DNA from: an uncultured virus (IMG/VR IMGVR_UViG_3300030330_004454) | Taxonomy: Duplodnaviria; Heunggongvirae; Uroviricota; Caudoviricetes | IMG/VR virus record: IMGVR_UViG_3300030330_004454 | Reading direction: 5' to 3' (one strand) | Length of the DNA: 64,000 nucleotides | Shown: one piece after another, positions 18,885 to 28,586 of the stretch | How positions within the stretch are numbered: the first letter of the stretch is position 1 | Layout of the letters: every line of letters starts with the position of its first letter | Translations under genes and position numbers: made by a program | The notes under the pieces: generated by a model | Told to the model about the DNA's origin: nothing | What the model saw: the letters and a program-made list of their open reading frames with translations, nothing else | Databases searched by the model: none

Positions 18885-19503
18885 AATTATCGCATTTAGC
18901 TTATGGGGTAAAGACCCTAAATATACAATTGGCGCTGTGCGTAACGCAGAGCTAGCTAAAGAAATTTATCCGGGGTGGACATGTCGTTTTTATACTGGTG
19001 ATGATGTTTCAGAGGATATTGAAAATCAACTTATTGACAATGGTGCAGAAGTCTGTAAAATGTATGGCTCAAGTTGGAATGGAATGTTCTGGCGTTTCTT
19101 CGCTGCCGACAGTGACGATATTATGATCTCTAGAGATACTGACTCTAGATTGGGCCTAAGAGAGAAGGTCGCTGTAGACGCTTGGCTGACCTCTGACATG
19201 GACTTCCATATCATGCGCGATCACCCTTATCATGCTACAGAAATTCTTGGTGGTATGTGGGGAGTGCGTAATGGACTCCTAAGTGGAATCAAAGATATGA
19301 TTGCAAACTACGATCTCGGAGAATACGACAACAAATATCAGGTAGATCAAAACTTTTTACGAGAGATAGTATACCCTTTAGTAAAAGATCATAGCATAGT
19401 CCACGACGAATATTTTGAAAGAAAACCATTCCCAACCCCAAGGAAAAATTTACAAGATTTTGTTGGTCAGGTGTACGATGAAAATGAGGTTACGCAATTT
19501 TGA
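18877..19503 (+). CDS. Putative glycosyltransferase-like protein
   Basis: FSLWG..PKY, MFWRF, SRDTDSRL (DxD), MRDHPYH, ILGGMWG and DQNFL. This pattern is familiar from glycan loci; the function is inferred. Confidence 0.6.
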   Translation: MTKIIAFSLWGKDPKYTIGAVRNAELAKEIYPGWTCRFYTGDDVSEDIENQLIDNGAEVCKMYGSSWNGMFWRFFAADSDDIMISRDTDSRLGLREKVAVDAWLTSDMDFHIMRDHPYHATEILGGMWGVRNGLLSGIKDMIANYDLGEYDNKYQVDQNFLREIVYPLVKDHSIVHDEYFERKPFPTPRKNLQDFVGQVYDENEVTQF

Positions 19504-20324
19504 ACATTCTAATTATCCAAGAAAACGGTCATCATGAAAAAAACAGGAACTTTAGAGAATGCTTCTGTTTACAACGTGGGTTTGAACATCATGGTAATTC
19601 AGTAGATATTTGGGGGAAAGGTCATGATAATTTTAATAAAACTCCAGATTGGGAATCTTACGATTTAATCTTTGCTATTGAAAACTGGGATTGGATGCCA
19701 GATATAAGCAAGGTTCGTGTTCCAAAATTTATTTGGGCAATTGATGCACATTGCAAGGGTCCACAGGTTTATGAACAATATGGATTTGACAAGGTTCTAC
19801 ATGCTACAAAAAAATTTGCTAAAGACGGATGCTGGCTACCAAACTGTTACGACGACACTCTATTACATCCAATAGAAAATAGCTACTACAATCGTATTCC
19901 GATTGGCTTTTGCGGAAACGTAGTAAACAGAAAATTACAAATTGATTTAATGAAAGCAAATGTTCCGGGATTTGTATTTGACGAAATGGTTATCGGTGAT
20001 GACATGGTTAGAGCGATTAACTCTTACCAGATACACTGGAATGCAAACATTAGCGTAGATATTAATTATCGGAACTTTGAGACTATGGGATGTCATACTT
20101 GTTTGCTCACGTCGGCACATCCAGACTATGGAGAACTAGGTATTATACATGGGGAAAATTGTTTAATTTATCAAGATTCTATTCAAATGGTTGGCTATGC
20201 AAAACATGCCATCCAAAATCATACTTATAGAGAAGACATTAGCAAGGCGGGTTATGACTTAGTTAAACAAAGGCACACATTTAAACATAGAGCGCAGGCT
20301 ATACTAGAACTTACGGGTAAGTAA
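19500..20324 (+). CDS. CgeB/Glyco_trans_1_2-like glycosyltransferase
   Basis: INYRNFETMGC..CLLT and HTFKHRA. TTG start overlapping the upstream stop, RBS GAGGT. Confidence 0.7.
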   Translation: MNILIIQENGHHEKNRNFRECFCLQRGFEHHGNSVDIWGKGHDNFNKTPDWESYDLIFAIENWDWMPDISKVRVPKFIWAIDAHCKGPQVYEQYGFDKVLHATKKFAKDGCWLPNCYDDTLLHPIENSYYNRIPIGFCGNVVNRKLQIDLMKANVPGFVFDEMVIGDDMVRAINSYQIHWNANISVDINYRNFETMGCHTCLLTSAHPDYGELGIIHGENCLIYQDSIQMVGYAKHAIQNHTYREDISKAGYDLVKQRHTFKHRAQAILELTGK

Positions 20325-20327
20325 TTA

Positions 20328-20993
20328 ATGACACAAGACGAAAACCTTTACGTATATCACCACTTGGGGCTTGGCGATCACATCATATGCAACGGACTGG
20401 TAAGGTATATAGTGAAAAATTTTGGATACAAAAATATATACTTAGTTGTTAAAAAATCAAATCTTAAAAACATAAAAAGAATGTTTGTGGATTTACCTGA
20501 AGTGCATTTCTATGAAGTAGAAAAAGATAGCGACTTTACAATAGATAACTATCCAGTTTTAAGGATTGGGTTTGAAAACGCAAACCCGATGCAATTTGAC
20601 AAATCCTTTTATGATTGCGCAAAAATTCCGTTTAGCGAAAGGTGGGATTCTTGGCATATAAAAGAAGATAAACATAAAGAAAATATTATGAAGTCTTATC
20701 TGAATATACAAGAAAATTATATTTTTGTTCATGACAAATCCAGTACAGGTGAGTATAATCTAAATATAGAATCTAGCTTTCGGCAAATTAAACCAGACAA
20801 AATTGCTTGCGAAGACTCTGTTTTTGATTGGGTTCCAATTATCGCAGGAGCAAAAGAAGTACACGCAATAAATTCTTCTTTTGTACATTTAATTGATAGT
20901 ATAAAAACTAACGCAAAGCTTTTTTACCATGACATTAAACCAAACACGGTTGGGTTTTCATTAAAGAAAAATTGGCAAATAATTAATTACTAA
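20328..20993 (+). CDS. Putative GT-B glycosyltransferase-like protein
   Basis: HLGLGDHII and AKEVHAINSSFVHL resemble GT9/fucosyltransferase-type GxGD and DSxxxH motifs. Confidence 0.55.
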   Translation: MTQDENLYVYHHLGLGDHIICNGLVRYIVKNFGYKNIYLVVKKSNLKNIKRMFVDLPEVHFYEVEKDSDFTIDNYPVLRIGFENANPMQFDKSFYDCAKIPFSERWDSWHIKEDKHKENIMKSYLNIQENYIFVHDKSSTGEYNLNIESSFRQIKPDKIACEDSVFDWVPIIAGAKEVHAINSSFVHLIDSIKTNAKLFYHDIKPNTVGFSLKKNWQIINY

Positions 20994-21007
20994 TAACAAG
21001 GTTAAAA

Positions 21008-21724
21008 ATGACCAAAATACAAGATCTTACCCTGCTAGAAAGCTATCTGAGTAAATTTAATTTACCTAAAGTTTACGTTGATATTGGATGTAGTAATTCT
21101 TTTAATATTTCACCAGAGAGAGTGAAGTCTTCTGATATTACAATTTTTGTGGAAGCTGATAAAACAAAGGCTAAATTCTACCAAAAAGATGAATTTAATA
21201 TAAAAAACTTCAATATAGTTAATGATTATGCCACGCCGGAAAATATTCTTAAAATTTTACAACCTATAGGAAATAAAGAAATAGGATTTCTTGATATAGA
21301 TATTGACGGATATGATTATTTTGTAATAAAAGAAATATTAAAAAAACACAAACCAAAGCTAATGTGTTGTGAAATTAATGAAAAGATTCCACCGCCAATA
21401 AAATTTACTGTATTTTATGATAAAGATTACGCTTGGGATAGCAGTCACTTTTACGGAGTAAGTCTTTCTAAATTACACGAATTAATGGAGGACTATAATC
21501 TAATTAACTTGACTGGAAACAACGCTTACTACCTACATAACTCTGTTCCATACTCCGACGAAATATTTACCCCAGAAGAAGCTTACAAAAAATTATACAA
21601 TTTAAATGAGTTTCCTTGGAATAGTAACGTAGACCACTGGAGAACTCTAGAGCCAAAAGAAGCAGTTGAAAGCATAAAAGAATACTTCTCTAATCAAAAA
21701 TACAGGTATGAGGTTTATATATAA
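21008..21724 (+). CDS. FkbM-like SAM-dependent methyltransferase
   Basis: VDIGCS, FLDIDIDGYD, CEINE and YGVSL. Confidence 0.7.
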   Translation: MTKIQDLTLLESYLSKFNLPKVYVDIGCSNSFNISPERVKSSDITIFVEADKTKAKFYQKDEFNIKNFNIVNDYATPENILKILQPIGNKEIGFLDIDIDGYDYFVIKEILKKHKPKLMCCEINEKIPPPIKFTVFYDKDYAWDSSHFYGVSLSKLHELMEDYNLINLTGNNAYYLHNSVPYSDEIFTPEEAYKKLYNLNEFPWNSNVDHWRTLEPKEAVESIKEYFSNQKYRYEVYI

Positions 21725-22320
21725 TGCCGGGACAAATAAATATGGATAGCGAGTTCGGAAAAATAATTTTTGAGTACGCTAGAAATACAGAATACAAAAG
21801 CTACCTAGAGATAGGGACTTGGAACGGTCAAGGTAGCACAAGGTGCTTTATAAACGGGCTAAGTGAAAGATCAGATGACTATAGCTTTATATCCCTAGAG
21901 TCTTGCCCGAATTTTCATTCGCAGGCAGTGGAGTTTAATAAGAATTACATAAGCGAAAAAATAAAACTTTTACATGGAAGAATAGTAGAAGACGAAGAGC
22001 TTATTAAAACCGATTTAACAATGACAGAGTTATCTTGGCTATTTGCAGACAGGAAAAATTATACCACATGTAAGAACATATGGGAGGAAATACCACAAAA
22101 CTACGATGTGGTTCTATTGGATGGTGGGGAGTTCTCAACCTTAACAGAATTTAAAAAATTGCAAAACAACATTTCCGTTTTGATGCTTGACGATATAAAC
22201 TGTCTAAAGAACAAAAAAGCTATCAAAATACTAGACGCTTCTTCAGACTGGAAAGCAGAAATAATTAGTAATGACAGAAATGGATTTGCTGTCTATAGGA
22301 GAATCTGCGATGGCATTTGA
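21724..22320 (+). CDS. Class I SAM-dependent methyltransferase-like protein
   Basis: YLEIGTWNGQGST, VLLDGG and MLDD. Confidence 0.7.
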   Translation: MPGQINMDSEFGKIIFEYARNTEYKSYLEIGTWNGQGSTRCFINGLSERSDDYSFISLESCPNFHSQAVEFNKNYISEKIKLLHGRIVEDEELIKTDLTMTELSWLFADRKNYTTCKNIWEEIPQNYDVVLLDGGEFSTLTEFKKLQNNISVLMLDDINCLKNKKAIKILDASSDWKAEIISNDRNGFAVYRRICDGI

Positions 22321-23125
22321 TGTTGAAGAAATACTTGAAATAAACAAATTTTCGCACCTACATGATAGTGATAGAGTTTTCTTTTGTAAAACTGACTATG
22401 TAGATATAGCACTAAAAGAAATATCAAAAATACCACATGAAGTAATATTCATATCTGGAAATTCTGACTATACAATTAACGAAGCAAGATTTAACTGTAA
22501 GCCCCCCAACGTAGTGAAGTGGTTTTGTCACAACAAACATTTTGACTCGGATGTGCTTGTCCCAATACCCATAGGAATAGAGAATAAAACAGAGTGTAAG
22601 CTTGGTTCTGAACATGGTTTTATCTGGGATCATGCTCCAGAGAAGCATAAGGTGATTAGTGAAATTGAAAATAAACCTGCTACCAAAACTATATACGCCA
22701 ACTTCACAGTGGATTCCAGTAGATGTGCATCCAGAGGTGTTTGGAGATCAATAGCAGAAAATTCTGAACACATTACTTTTGAGGGTAATATGAGACGGCC
22801 TTATATTGAGTTCGTTTCAGATATACTGGATCACGAAGCAGTTCTGTGTCCTCTTGGAAATACGCATGTAGAAGAGGGTGACAATCACAGAATATACGAG
22901 GTTCTGTATTTAGGCAGAATACCAATTGTCCACACCGAAGACTACTACAAAAAGCTTCATCATAAGTTTCCGGTGTTATTGGTTAAGAATTTAGACGATA
23001 TAGCCGATGAAGATTTTATGAAGAGCGAAATAAAAAGGATAAAGAACGAAAAGTTTGACGATAAGTACCTTAAATTTTCTTATTGGAAAAACTTAATCCT
23101 GAAAGAGAAAATGGGTTTAAGATGA
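22310..23125 (+). CDS. Exostosin/GT47-like glycosyltransferase
   Basis: PIPIGIEN, LCPLGN, HRIYEVLYLGRIPIV and FPVLLV. RBS AGGAG before ATG 22310. Confidence 0.65.
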   Translation: MAFDVEEILEINKFSHLHDSDRVFFCKTDYVDIALKEISKIPHEVIFISGNSDYTINEARFNCKPPNVVKWFCHNKHFDSDVLVPIPIGIENKTECKLGSEHGFIWDHAPEKHKVISEIENKPATKTIYANFTVDSSRCASRGVWRSIAENSEHITFEGNMRRPYIEFVSDILDHEAVLCPLGNTHVEEGDNHRIYEVLYLGRIPIVHTEDYYKKLHHKFPVLLVKNLDDIADEDFMKSEIKRIKNEKFDDKYLKFSYWKNLILKEKMGLR

Positions 23126-23550
23126 TAGTAGACTGCGTAATACCAAAAAGCGCTAAGGTTAAAGAGCCTGTTAATATTTATGGATGTTCCGTAGGAGAAA
23201 ACTCTTTCATTGGACCGTTTGTAGAAATTCAATCCAGAGTAATTATAGGAAAGAATACTAGGATAAGCAGTCACTCTTTTATATGTGAAGGGGTAACTAT
23301 CGGAGATAATACATTCGTGGCTCATGGGGTCATGTTTGTTAATGATGTTTTTAATTCTGAAAGTATTGAGAACTGGGAACTTAAAAAGACAATCGTAGGA
23401 AACAATGTAAGGATAGGATCTAACGCAACTATACTGCCGGTAAAAATTGGTGATGGAGCTATTATAGGCGCAGGCTCTGTCGTAACTAAAGATGTTCCGG
23501 CTGGATCAGTAGTATATGGAAACCCCGCAAGGAGAAAAAATGAAAATTAA
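23122..23550 (+). CDS. Hexapeptide-repeat N-acetyltransferase (WlbB/WbpD/WxcM-like)
   Basis: Left-handed beta-helix repeats, FICEGVTIGD, IGSNATILP and GAGSVVTKDVP...YGNPAR. Confidence 0.88.
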   Translation: MIVDCVIPKSAKVKEPVNIYGCSVGENSFIGPFVEIQSRVIIGKNTRISSHSFICEGVTIGDNTFVAHGVMFVNDVFNSESIENWELKKTIVGNNVRIGSNATILPVKIGDGAIIGAGSVVTKDVPAGSVVYGNPARRKNEN

Positions 23551-24820
23551 ACTTATTAATCATGCCAGCGTTATATTTGACTGCGGAGATGTAAAGATAC
23601 TAACTGACCCTTGGTACACAGGTTCAGCTTTTGATAATGGATGGAATCTATTCTTAGAAACAGATATAGATATCAATTCCCTTGATTTTAACTATTTATG
23701 GTATTCTCATGAACATCCAGATCATTTTAGCATAGCTGACTTAAAAAAGATTTCTGACAAAAAGAAAAAAGAAATATCAATATTGTTTCAGGTTGCTCCA
23801 GATCAAAAGGTAAAGAAGTTTTGTGAGAAAAATGGATTTAAAGTAATTGAGATTCCCGAAGGGGAAGACGTTTTTATAAAAGACGTTAAGCTATGCTGCG
23901 GAAAAGAAGGTGGATTTGATTCATGGATCTCTGTGACACACGAAGGCAAAACGGCTTTAAACATAAATGACTGTAGACTAGAGAACGAAGAAGAATTAGC
24001 CCCAGTAAGAAGATTAGGAAACATAGACGTTTTAATGACTCAGTTTGGCTGGGCTAACTGGGTGGGCAACAAGGGAGATTCCCACTCAAGAAAAATAGCA
24101 AAAAAAATGGTCTACGACAAAATTGACGCACAAATAAAGAATCTTAACCCAGATTATATTATACCATTTGCTAGTTTTTGCTGGTTCTCTCATGAAGATA
24201 ATGCGTCGTGCAACGATGAAGCAATTACTATTAAAGAGTTTGTCAACAAGTACGAACAAGACAATAAAATTATAACCTTATATCTTGAAGATGAGTGGGA
24301 AGTTGGACACAATATGAATTGCTCCAACGCTGTAGATAAATGGCAACAACAGTTCGATATGAAGAGAAAACCTTTACATCAATCGTCTGTAGTAGATGAA
24401 AAAAATCTACAAGAGTCCTTCTCTTTTATGGTTTCTAAATTAAAAAGAGACAACGACTGGGCGCGAATGATTGATATCCATCGTCAGTTTGAAGGGTCTG
24501 TCGTTAGGTTGGAGGATGTAGGAAAAAATTATGTATTTGACATTACAAAACAGGAGCTTACGGAAACAAACAAAGACTATGATATAGCTACTAGTAGCGA
24601 GTGTTTTAATTACCTTATGCGCAACGCTTGGGGTAGAGGGACTTTGATGGTTAATGGTAGATTCCAAGCTAACTATAATACGCTATACAGATTTCTACGT
24701 CAAACACATGTATATTATGGTAATAACATTGGGAAAACATTTCCTAAACACATAAGTTTAGATGAAATTATAGACCCCAAGTGCTTTGTTTTTGAGATGA
24801 TCCAACCGGAGAAAAAATGA
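23540..24820 (+). CDS. Metallo-beta-lactamase-fold protein (CMP-Neu5Ac hydroxylase/UlaG-like, no Rieske domain)
   Basis: NHAS, ILTDPW, SHEHPDHF (HxHxDH), NINDC and IIPFASF. RBS AGGAG before ATG 23540. Confidence 0.7.
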   Translation: MKIKLINHASVIFDCGDVKILTDPWYTGSAFDNGWNLFLETDIDINSLDFNYLWYSHEHPDHFSIADLKKISDKKKKEISILFQVAPDQKVKKFCEKNGFKVIEIPEGEDVFIKDVKLCCGKEGGFDSWISVTHEGKTALNINDCRLENEEELAPVRRLGNIDVLMTQFGWANWVGNKGDSHSRKIAKKMVYDKIDAQIKNLNPDYIIPFASFCWFSHEDNASCNDEAITIKEFVNKYEQDNKIITLYLEDEWEVGHNMNCSNAVDKWQQQFDMKRKPLHQSSVVDEKNLQESFSFMVSKLKRDNDWARMIDIHRQFEGSVVRLEDVGKNYVFDITKQELTETNKDYDIATSSECFNYLMRNAWGRGTLMVNGRFQANYNTLYRFLRQTHVYYGNNIGKTFPKHISLDEIIDPKCFVFEMIQPEKK

Positions 24821-25665
24821 AAAATAGAAAAATTGGAATTGTCGGAATGGGTTACTGGGGTAAAATTATCCTTAGAAATCTAAGAGAACTGGGATACAAA
24901 AATATAACTATATGCGAACAATCTGAAATAGATTGGCACGAAATAGGTGAAAAATACAAACATGTAAAGAATTACAAAGACATAGATTGCGATTACGTTT
25001 TTGTTATAGTTCCCGTATGCAGTCACTATGAGGTTTGCAAGTATTTTCTTGAAAAAAACTGTAAGGTTTTTTGTGAAAAACCGCTGGACGTAACTAGCGA
25101 AAAATGTAGCCATCTTTACAGCATAGATACTGGATCTTTATTTGTAGACTGGTTATTTACTTTCAATCCGGCTGTAAATCAAATTAAAAAACTAATAAAA
25201 AGCATAGGAAAACCTAAGAGTATAATAGCCAATAGGATGAATTTTGGTCCCGTTCGCAGTGATGTAAATGCGAGATGGGATCTTGCCTCACATGATGTTT
25301 CTATTGCTTGTTATCTACTAGATGAGAATCCGGTTGATTATAAATGGTTAGATTTTAAAAGAAATAGCGAGTCAAAACAAGATGATAGCACTGTTGGGGT
25401 TATAAACTTTCCAAGCACTAGTGTGCAAGTAAATGCTAGCTGGCATTACAGAATGAAAAATAGAATGTATATCATGGAGTTTGATAATTGTTTTCTTCAT
25501 TGGGATGACAACACTTCTACAATATTGTATGGAAGCGATGTGATTCCCTGCGAAAAAATATCACCATTGCACTCTTCTATCCAGTGTTTTATGAGCGGTG
25601 ACTATAAAGATCAAAAACAACTTACATTAAATATAACAAAGGTTCTTGAAAATGATTCAATTTAA
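24817..25665 (+). CDS. Gfo/Idh/MocA oxidoreductase (WlbA/WbpB-like)
   Basis: IGIVGMGYWG, FCEKP and WDLASHDVS. Confidence 0.85.
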   Translation: MKNRKIGIVGMGYWGKIILRNLRELGYKNITICEQSEIDWHEIGEKYKHVKNYKDIDCDYVFVIVPVCSHYEVCKYFLEKNCKVFCEKPLDVTSEKCSHLYSIDTGSLFVDWLFTFNPAVNQIKKLIKSIGKPKSIIANRMNFGPVRSDVNARWDLASHDVSIACYLLDENPVDYKWLDFKRNSESKQDDSTVGVINFPSTSVQVNASWHYRMKNRMYIMEFDNCFLHWDDNTSTILYGSDVIPCEKISPLHSSIQCFMSGDYKDQKQLTLNITKVLENDSI

Positions 25666-26788
25666 CGATTTAAAATCACAGTGGGCTGAAATCAAGCAAA
25701 GTGTTCTACCGGAAATAGAAGAATTATTTGAAAGTTCTCAATTTATACTTGGCCCTCAAGTAGAAAGATTTGAAAAATCTTTTGCAGACTTTTGCTCTTG
25801 CGACTATGGTATAGGAGTTTCTAATGGAACGGATGCGATTAAAATAGCCGCTAAGTCCTTAGAGCTAACATCGTCTGTGCAGGTCTTTATGCCAGCAAAT
25901 ACATTTGTCGCTACTTGGTTAGCCATAAAAGAAGCTTATCCGCAAAGCGATATTATTATGATTGATATAGACGAAAATGGACAAATGGATACGGATAAAC
26001 TGCAAGATGCCATAGAGGTGCGTGGTGGATTTTTAAGTGGAACAAATGATAAATTTGAAAGAGATAAACTTATCGTCGCGGTGCATATGTATGGCTGTTG
26101 TGATAATATAGATAAAATAAGTAAGATCGCAACAGAGGCTAACTGTATGATACTAGAGGACGCATCGCAGTCACATGGAGCTAGATCTAAGAACGGGACT
26201 TTAGCGGGATCAGTTGGAGAGATTTCTGCTTTTTCTCTTTATCCCGGAAAGAATCTTGGTGGTGCTGGCGATGCGGGAATTATTGTGACTAACAATGAAA
26301 AACTTGCAACTAAGTGTAAGATGCTAAGAAATTATGGATCAAAACAGAAATATATTCACGAAGAAATTGGGTACAATAATAGACTTGACACAATGCAGGC
26401 GATAATATTATATTGGAAGCTAAAACATTTAGCTAAATGGAATAAATCTAGAGCAGTGAGCGCGGAATATATAAATCTATCACTAGACAACCATAGGGTA
26501 AGATGGATGTTAACAAGTAATATAAATCAGGTGTACCATATATTACCAGTGCTTTTAGAAGACAAGCAAAAAAGAAATCAATTTATGAAACATCTGAATG
26601 AAAATAGTATACAGTGCGGCATACATTATCCAATACCGATTCATAAAATGCCTTTTTATAAAAAAGAAGAATTATACTTAAAAAGAACTGAAGACTATGC
26701 GGATAGAATTGTAAGCCTTCCAATTCACCCATTCTTAAAACAACAGGAATTAGAAAAAATTGTACATACAATAAATAATTTTAATTAA
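25652..26788 (+). CDS. DegT/DnrJ/EryC1/StrS PLP-dependent sugar aminotransferase
   Basis: VSNGTDA, VHMYG, EDASQSHG, FSLYPGKNLG (PLP Lys), GYNNRLD, GIHYP and SLPIHP. Confidence 0.92.
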   Translation: MIQFNDLKSQWAEIKQSVLPEIEELFESSQFILGPQVERFEKSFADFCSCDYGIGVSNGTDAIKIAAKSLELTSSVQVFMPANTFVATWLAIKEAYPQSDIIMIDIDENGQMDTDKLQDAIEVRGGFLSGTNDKFERDKLIVAVHMYGCCDNIDKISKIATEANCMILEDASQSHGARSKNGTLAGSVGEISAFSLYPGKNLGGAGDAGIIVTNNEKLATKCKMLRNYGSKQKYIHEEIGYNNRLDTMQAIILYWKLKHLAKWNKSRAVSAEYINLSLDNHRVRWMLTSNINQVYHILPVLLEDKQKRNQFMKHLNENSIQCGIHYPIPIHKMPFYKKEELYLKRTEDYADRIVSLPIHPFLKQQELEKIVHTINNFN

Positions 26789-26801
26789 TTTTTAAAATAT
26801 C

Positions 26802-26831
26802 TTGCCAAAAATGTATTTCCTAATCTATAAT
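26802..26831 (+). promoter_or_regulatory. Sigma70-type promoter
   Basis: TTGCCA, 18-nt spacer, TATAAT in an intergenic gap, 11 nt before ATG 26843 (short leader). Confidence 0.65.
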
Positions 26832-26842
26832 AAGAAGACAGA

Positions 26843-27217
26843 ATGAAAATAGAAGTATCCAATGGAGAAATAGTAGATAAACTTACAATCCTACTTATAA
26901 AAAAAGAAAACATAAAAGACAAAGAAAAGCTTAAAAATATACAAAATGAAATAAATCAGATAGAACACATATCTAATTCAATCGTAACTAAGGATAGTGA
27001 AGAATTTATTGAACTATACGAAGTAAACAAAAGCTTATGGGAAATAGAAGATAATATTAGAAGACTAGAATTAAGAAAACAATTTGATGAAGAATTTATA
27101 AGTGTGGCTAGATCTGTCTACCGAAATAATGACAAGCGAGCAGAGATAAAAAGACAAATAAATCAAATGTCAGGTTCTGAACTAGTTGAGGAAAAATCTT
27201 ATAAGGAATATACATGA
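26843..27217 (+). CDS. DUF6165-like coiled-coil protein
   Basis: EVSNGEIVDKLTIL, LWEIED, ARSVY..ND.RA..K..IN and LVEEKSY. Confidence 0.75.
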   Translation: MKIEVSNGEIVDKLTILLIKKENIKDKEKLKNIQNEINQIEHISNSIVTKDSEEFIELYEVNKSLWEIEDNIRRLELRKQFDEEFISVARSVYRNNDKRAEIKRQINQMSGSELVEEKSYKEYT

Positions 27218-28146
27218 GAATATTAGTAACGGGCGGAACTGGATTTCTTGGAAAAAATATTCGAGAAAATCTTGGAGCGTTTTTAAATCAAGATTACTCT
27301 ATTAGCGAAATAGGATCTAAAACATATGATCTAAGATGTCAACACGCTTGTAGGAAAGCAATCCAATACTATAATCCAGATGTTATTCTACACGCCGCAG
27401 GATCTGTGGGCGGGATTGGCGCAAACCAAGAAAATCCCGGTAAGTTTATGTATGACAATCTTATCATGGGCGCAAACCTTATAGAAAGAGCTAGAATTGA
27501 AAACGTGCAAAAATTCGTTCTGCTTGGAACGGTGTGCGCATACCCTAAGCATACGCCGGTTCCCTTTGTGGAAGATGAATTATGGAATGGCTACCCAGAA
27601 GAAACCAATGCGCCATACGGAATCGCCAAAAAGACGCTAATGCGGCTTCTACAAGCGTATGGAGAACAGTATGGCATGAGGGGTGCTAACTTAATTCCTG
27701 TCAACATGTACGGCCCACACGACCATTTCAATCTGACTAGTAGTCATGTGATCCCAGCGCTGATTCTCAAATTCTACAACGCTATGAAAAATGGAGACGA
27801 GGTAGAGCTTTGGGGAACAGGTAGTGCATCTAGAGAATTTCTTTACGCTCCAGATTGCGTAAAAGCAATCGCAAGAGCAATAGAAACAAACGTTAGTCTA
27901 GAACCAATAAACATTGGAACAGGGAAAGAAATAACAATTAAAGATCTAGCAACAGAAATTGCAGAACAGATGGGATACGAAGGTCAAATTAAATGGCAAT
28001 CAGATAAACCAGATGGGCAACCTAGACGTTGCCTAGACACAAGTAAGGCTAAAAACCTGCTTGACTTTGAAGCTGAAACAGATCTACAAACAGGACTGAA
28101 ACAAACCATAGAGTGGTTTTTAAACGACAAAAACTGGGAGATATAG
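27214..28146 (+). CDS. fcl: GDP-L-fucose synthase (NAD-dependent epimerase/reductase)
   Basis: VTGGTGFLG, VGGIGAN, GTVCAYPK, PYGIAKK (YxxxK), SHVIPALI, WGTGSASREFL and DKPDGQPRR. Confidence 0.9.
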   Translation: MRILVTGGTGFLGKNIRENLGAFLNQDYSISEIGSKTYDLRCQHACRKAIQYYNPDVILHAAGSVGGIGANQENPGKFMYDNLIMGANLIERARIENVQKFVLLGTVCAYPKHTPVPFVEDELWNGYPEETNAPYGIAKKTLMRLLQAYGEQYGMRGANLIPVNMYGPHDHFNLTSSHVIPALILKFYNAMKNGDEVELWGTGSASREFLYAPDCVKAIARAIETNVSLEPINIGTGKEITIKDLATEIAEQMGYEGQIKWQSDKPDGQPRRCLDTSKAKNLLDFEAETDLQTGLKQTIEWFLNDKNWEI

Positions 28147-28148
28147 GT

Positions 28149-28586
28149 ATGAACTTAGGATTTTACATAGATTCGCAAACTCAGTCTGAAACAACTAATA
28201 AAATATATAATACATTAAACAGCCTTATAGATGACAATAAGGTTGATAATGCAAACTTATTTTATAACGACATAGACTATAATCCAATAACACCAAAGTT
28301 CGGATGCTTTAGCTCGACTGACGTTTGGTACTTTACTGGAACTTTAGTTATAACAAGTATCAAAAATGCTCTATCTCTAGGTAAAGTGATAAATAAATTT
28401 AAGCCTTTTTTTCTTTATGATAAAGAGAAGAATTGCGCGCTAGAATTAATATCCATAAGTAATCAAATGCCAGTTATCGCACAGAGCCAAGAGGATGCAG
28501 ATTATATAAAAAGAGTTACCGGAGTGGAATCCAAAGTACTTCAAGATGGGAAGATAGAAAATGTAATTGGAGTTATAGATGAGTGA
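28149..28586 (+). CDS. Hypothetical protein
   Basis: Coupled ORF in the operon. Start placed at ATG 28149 after AGGT. Confidence 0.6.
   Translation: MNLGFYIDSQTQSETTNKIYNTLNSLIDDNKVDNANLFYNDIDYNPITPKFGCFSSTDVWYFTGTLVITSIKNALSLGKVINKFKPFFLYDKEKNCALELISISNQMPVIAQSQEDADYIKRVTGVESKVLQDGKIENVIGVIDE

Noticed and set aside
10817..28586. Bacterial O-antigen/capsule locus (i.e. window is host chromosome)
   Set aside because: No wzx/wzy/wzm/wzt or priming transferase was seen. The flanks are phage-type replication genes and a tape measure/tail module, and the CCSGG Pro-Gly coding bias is shared across the island and the structural arm.
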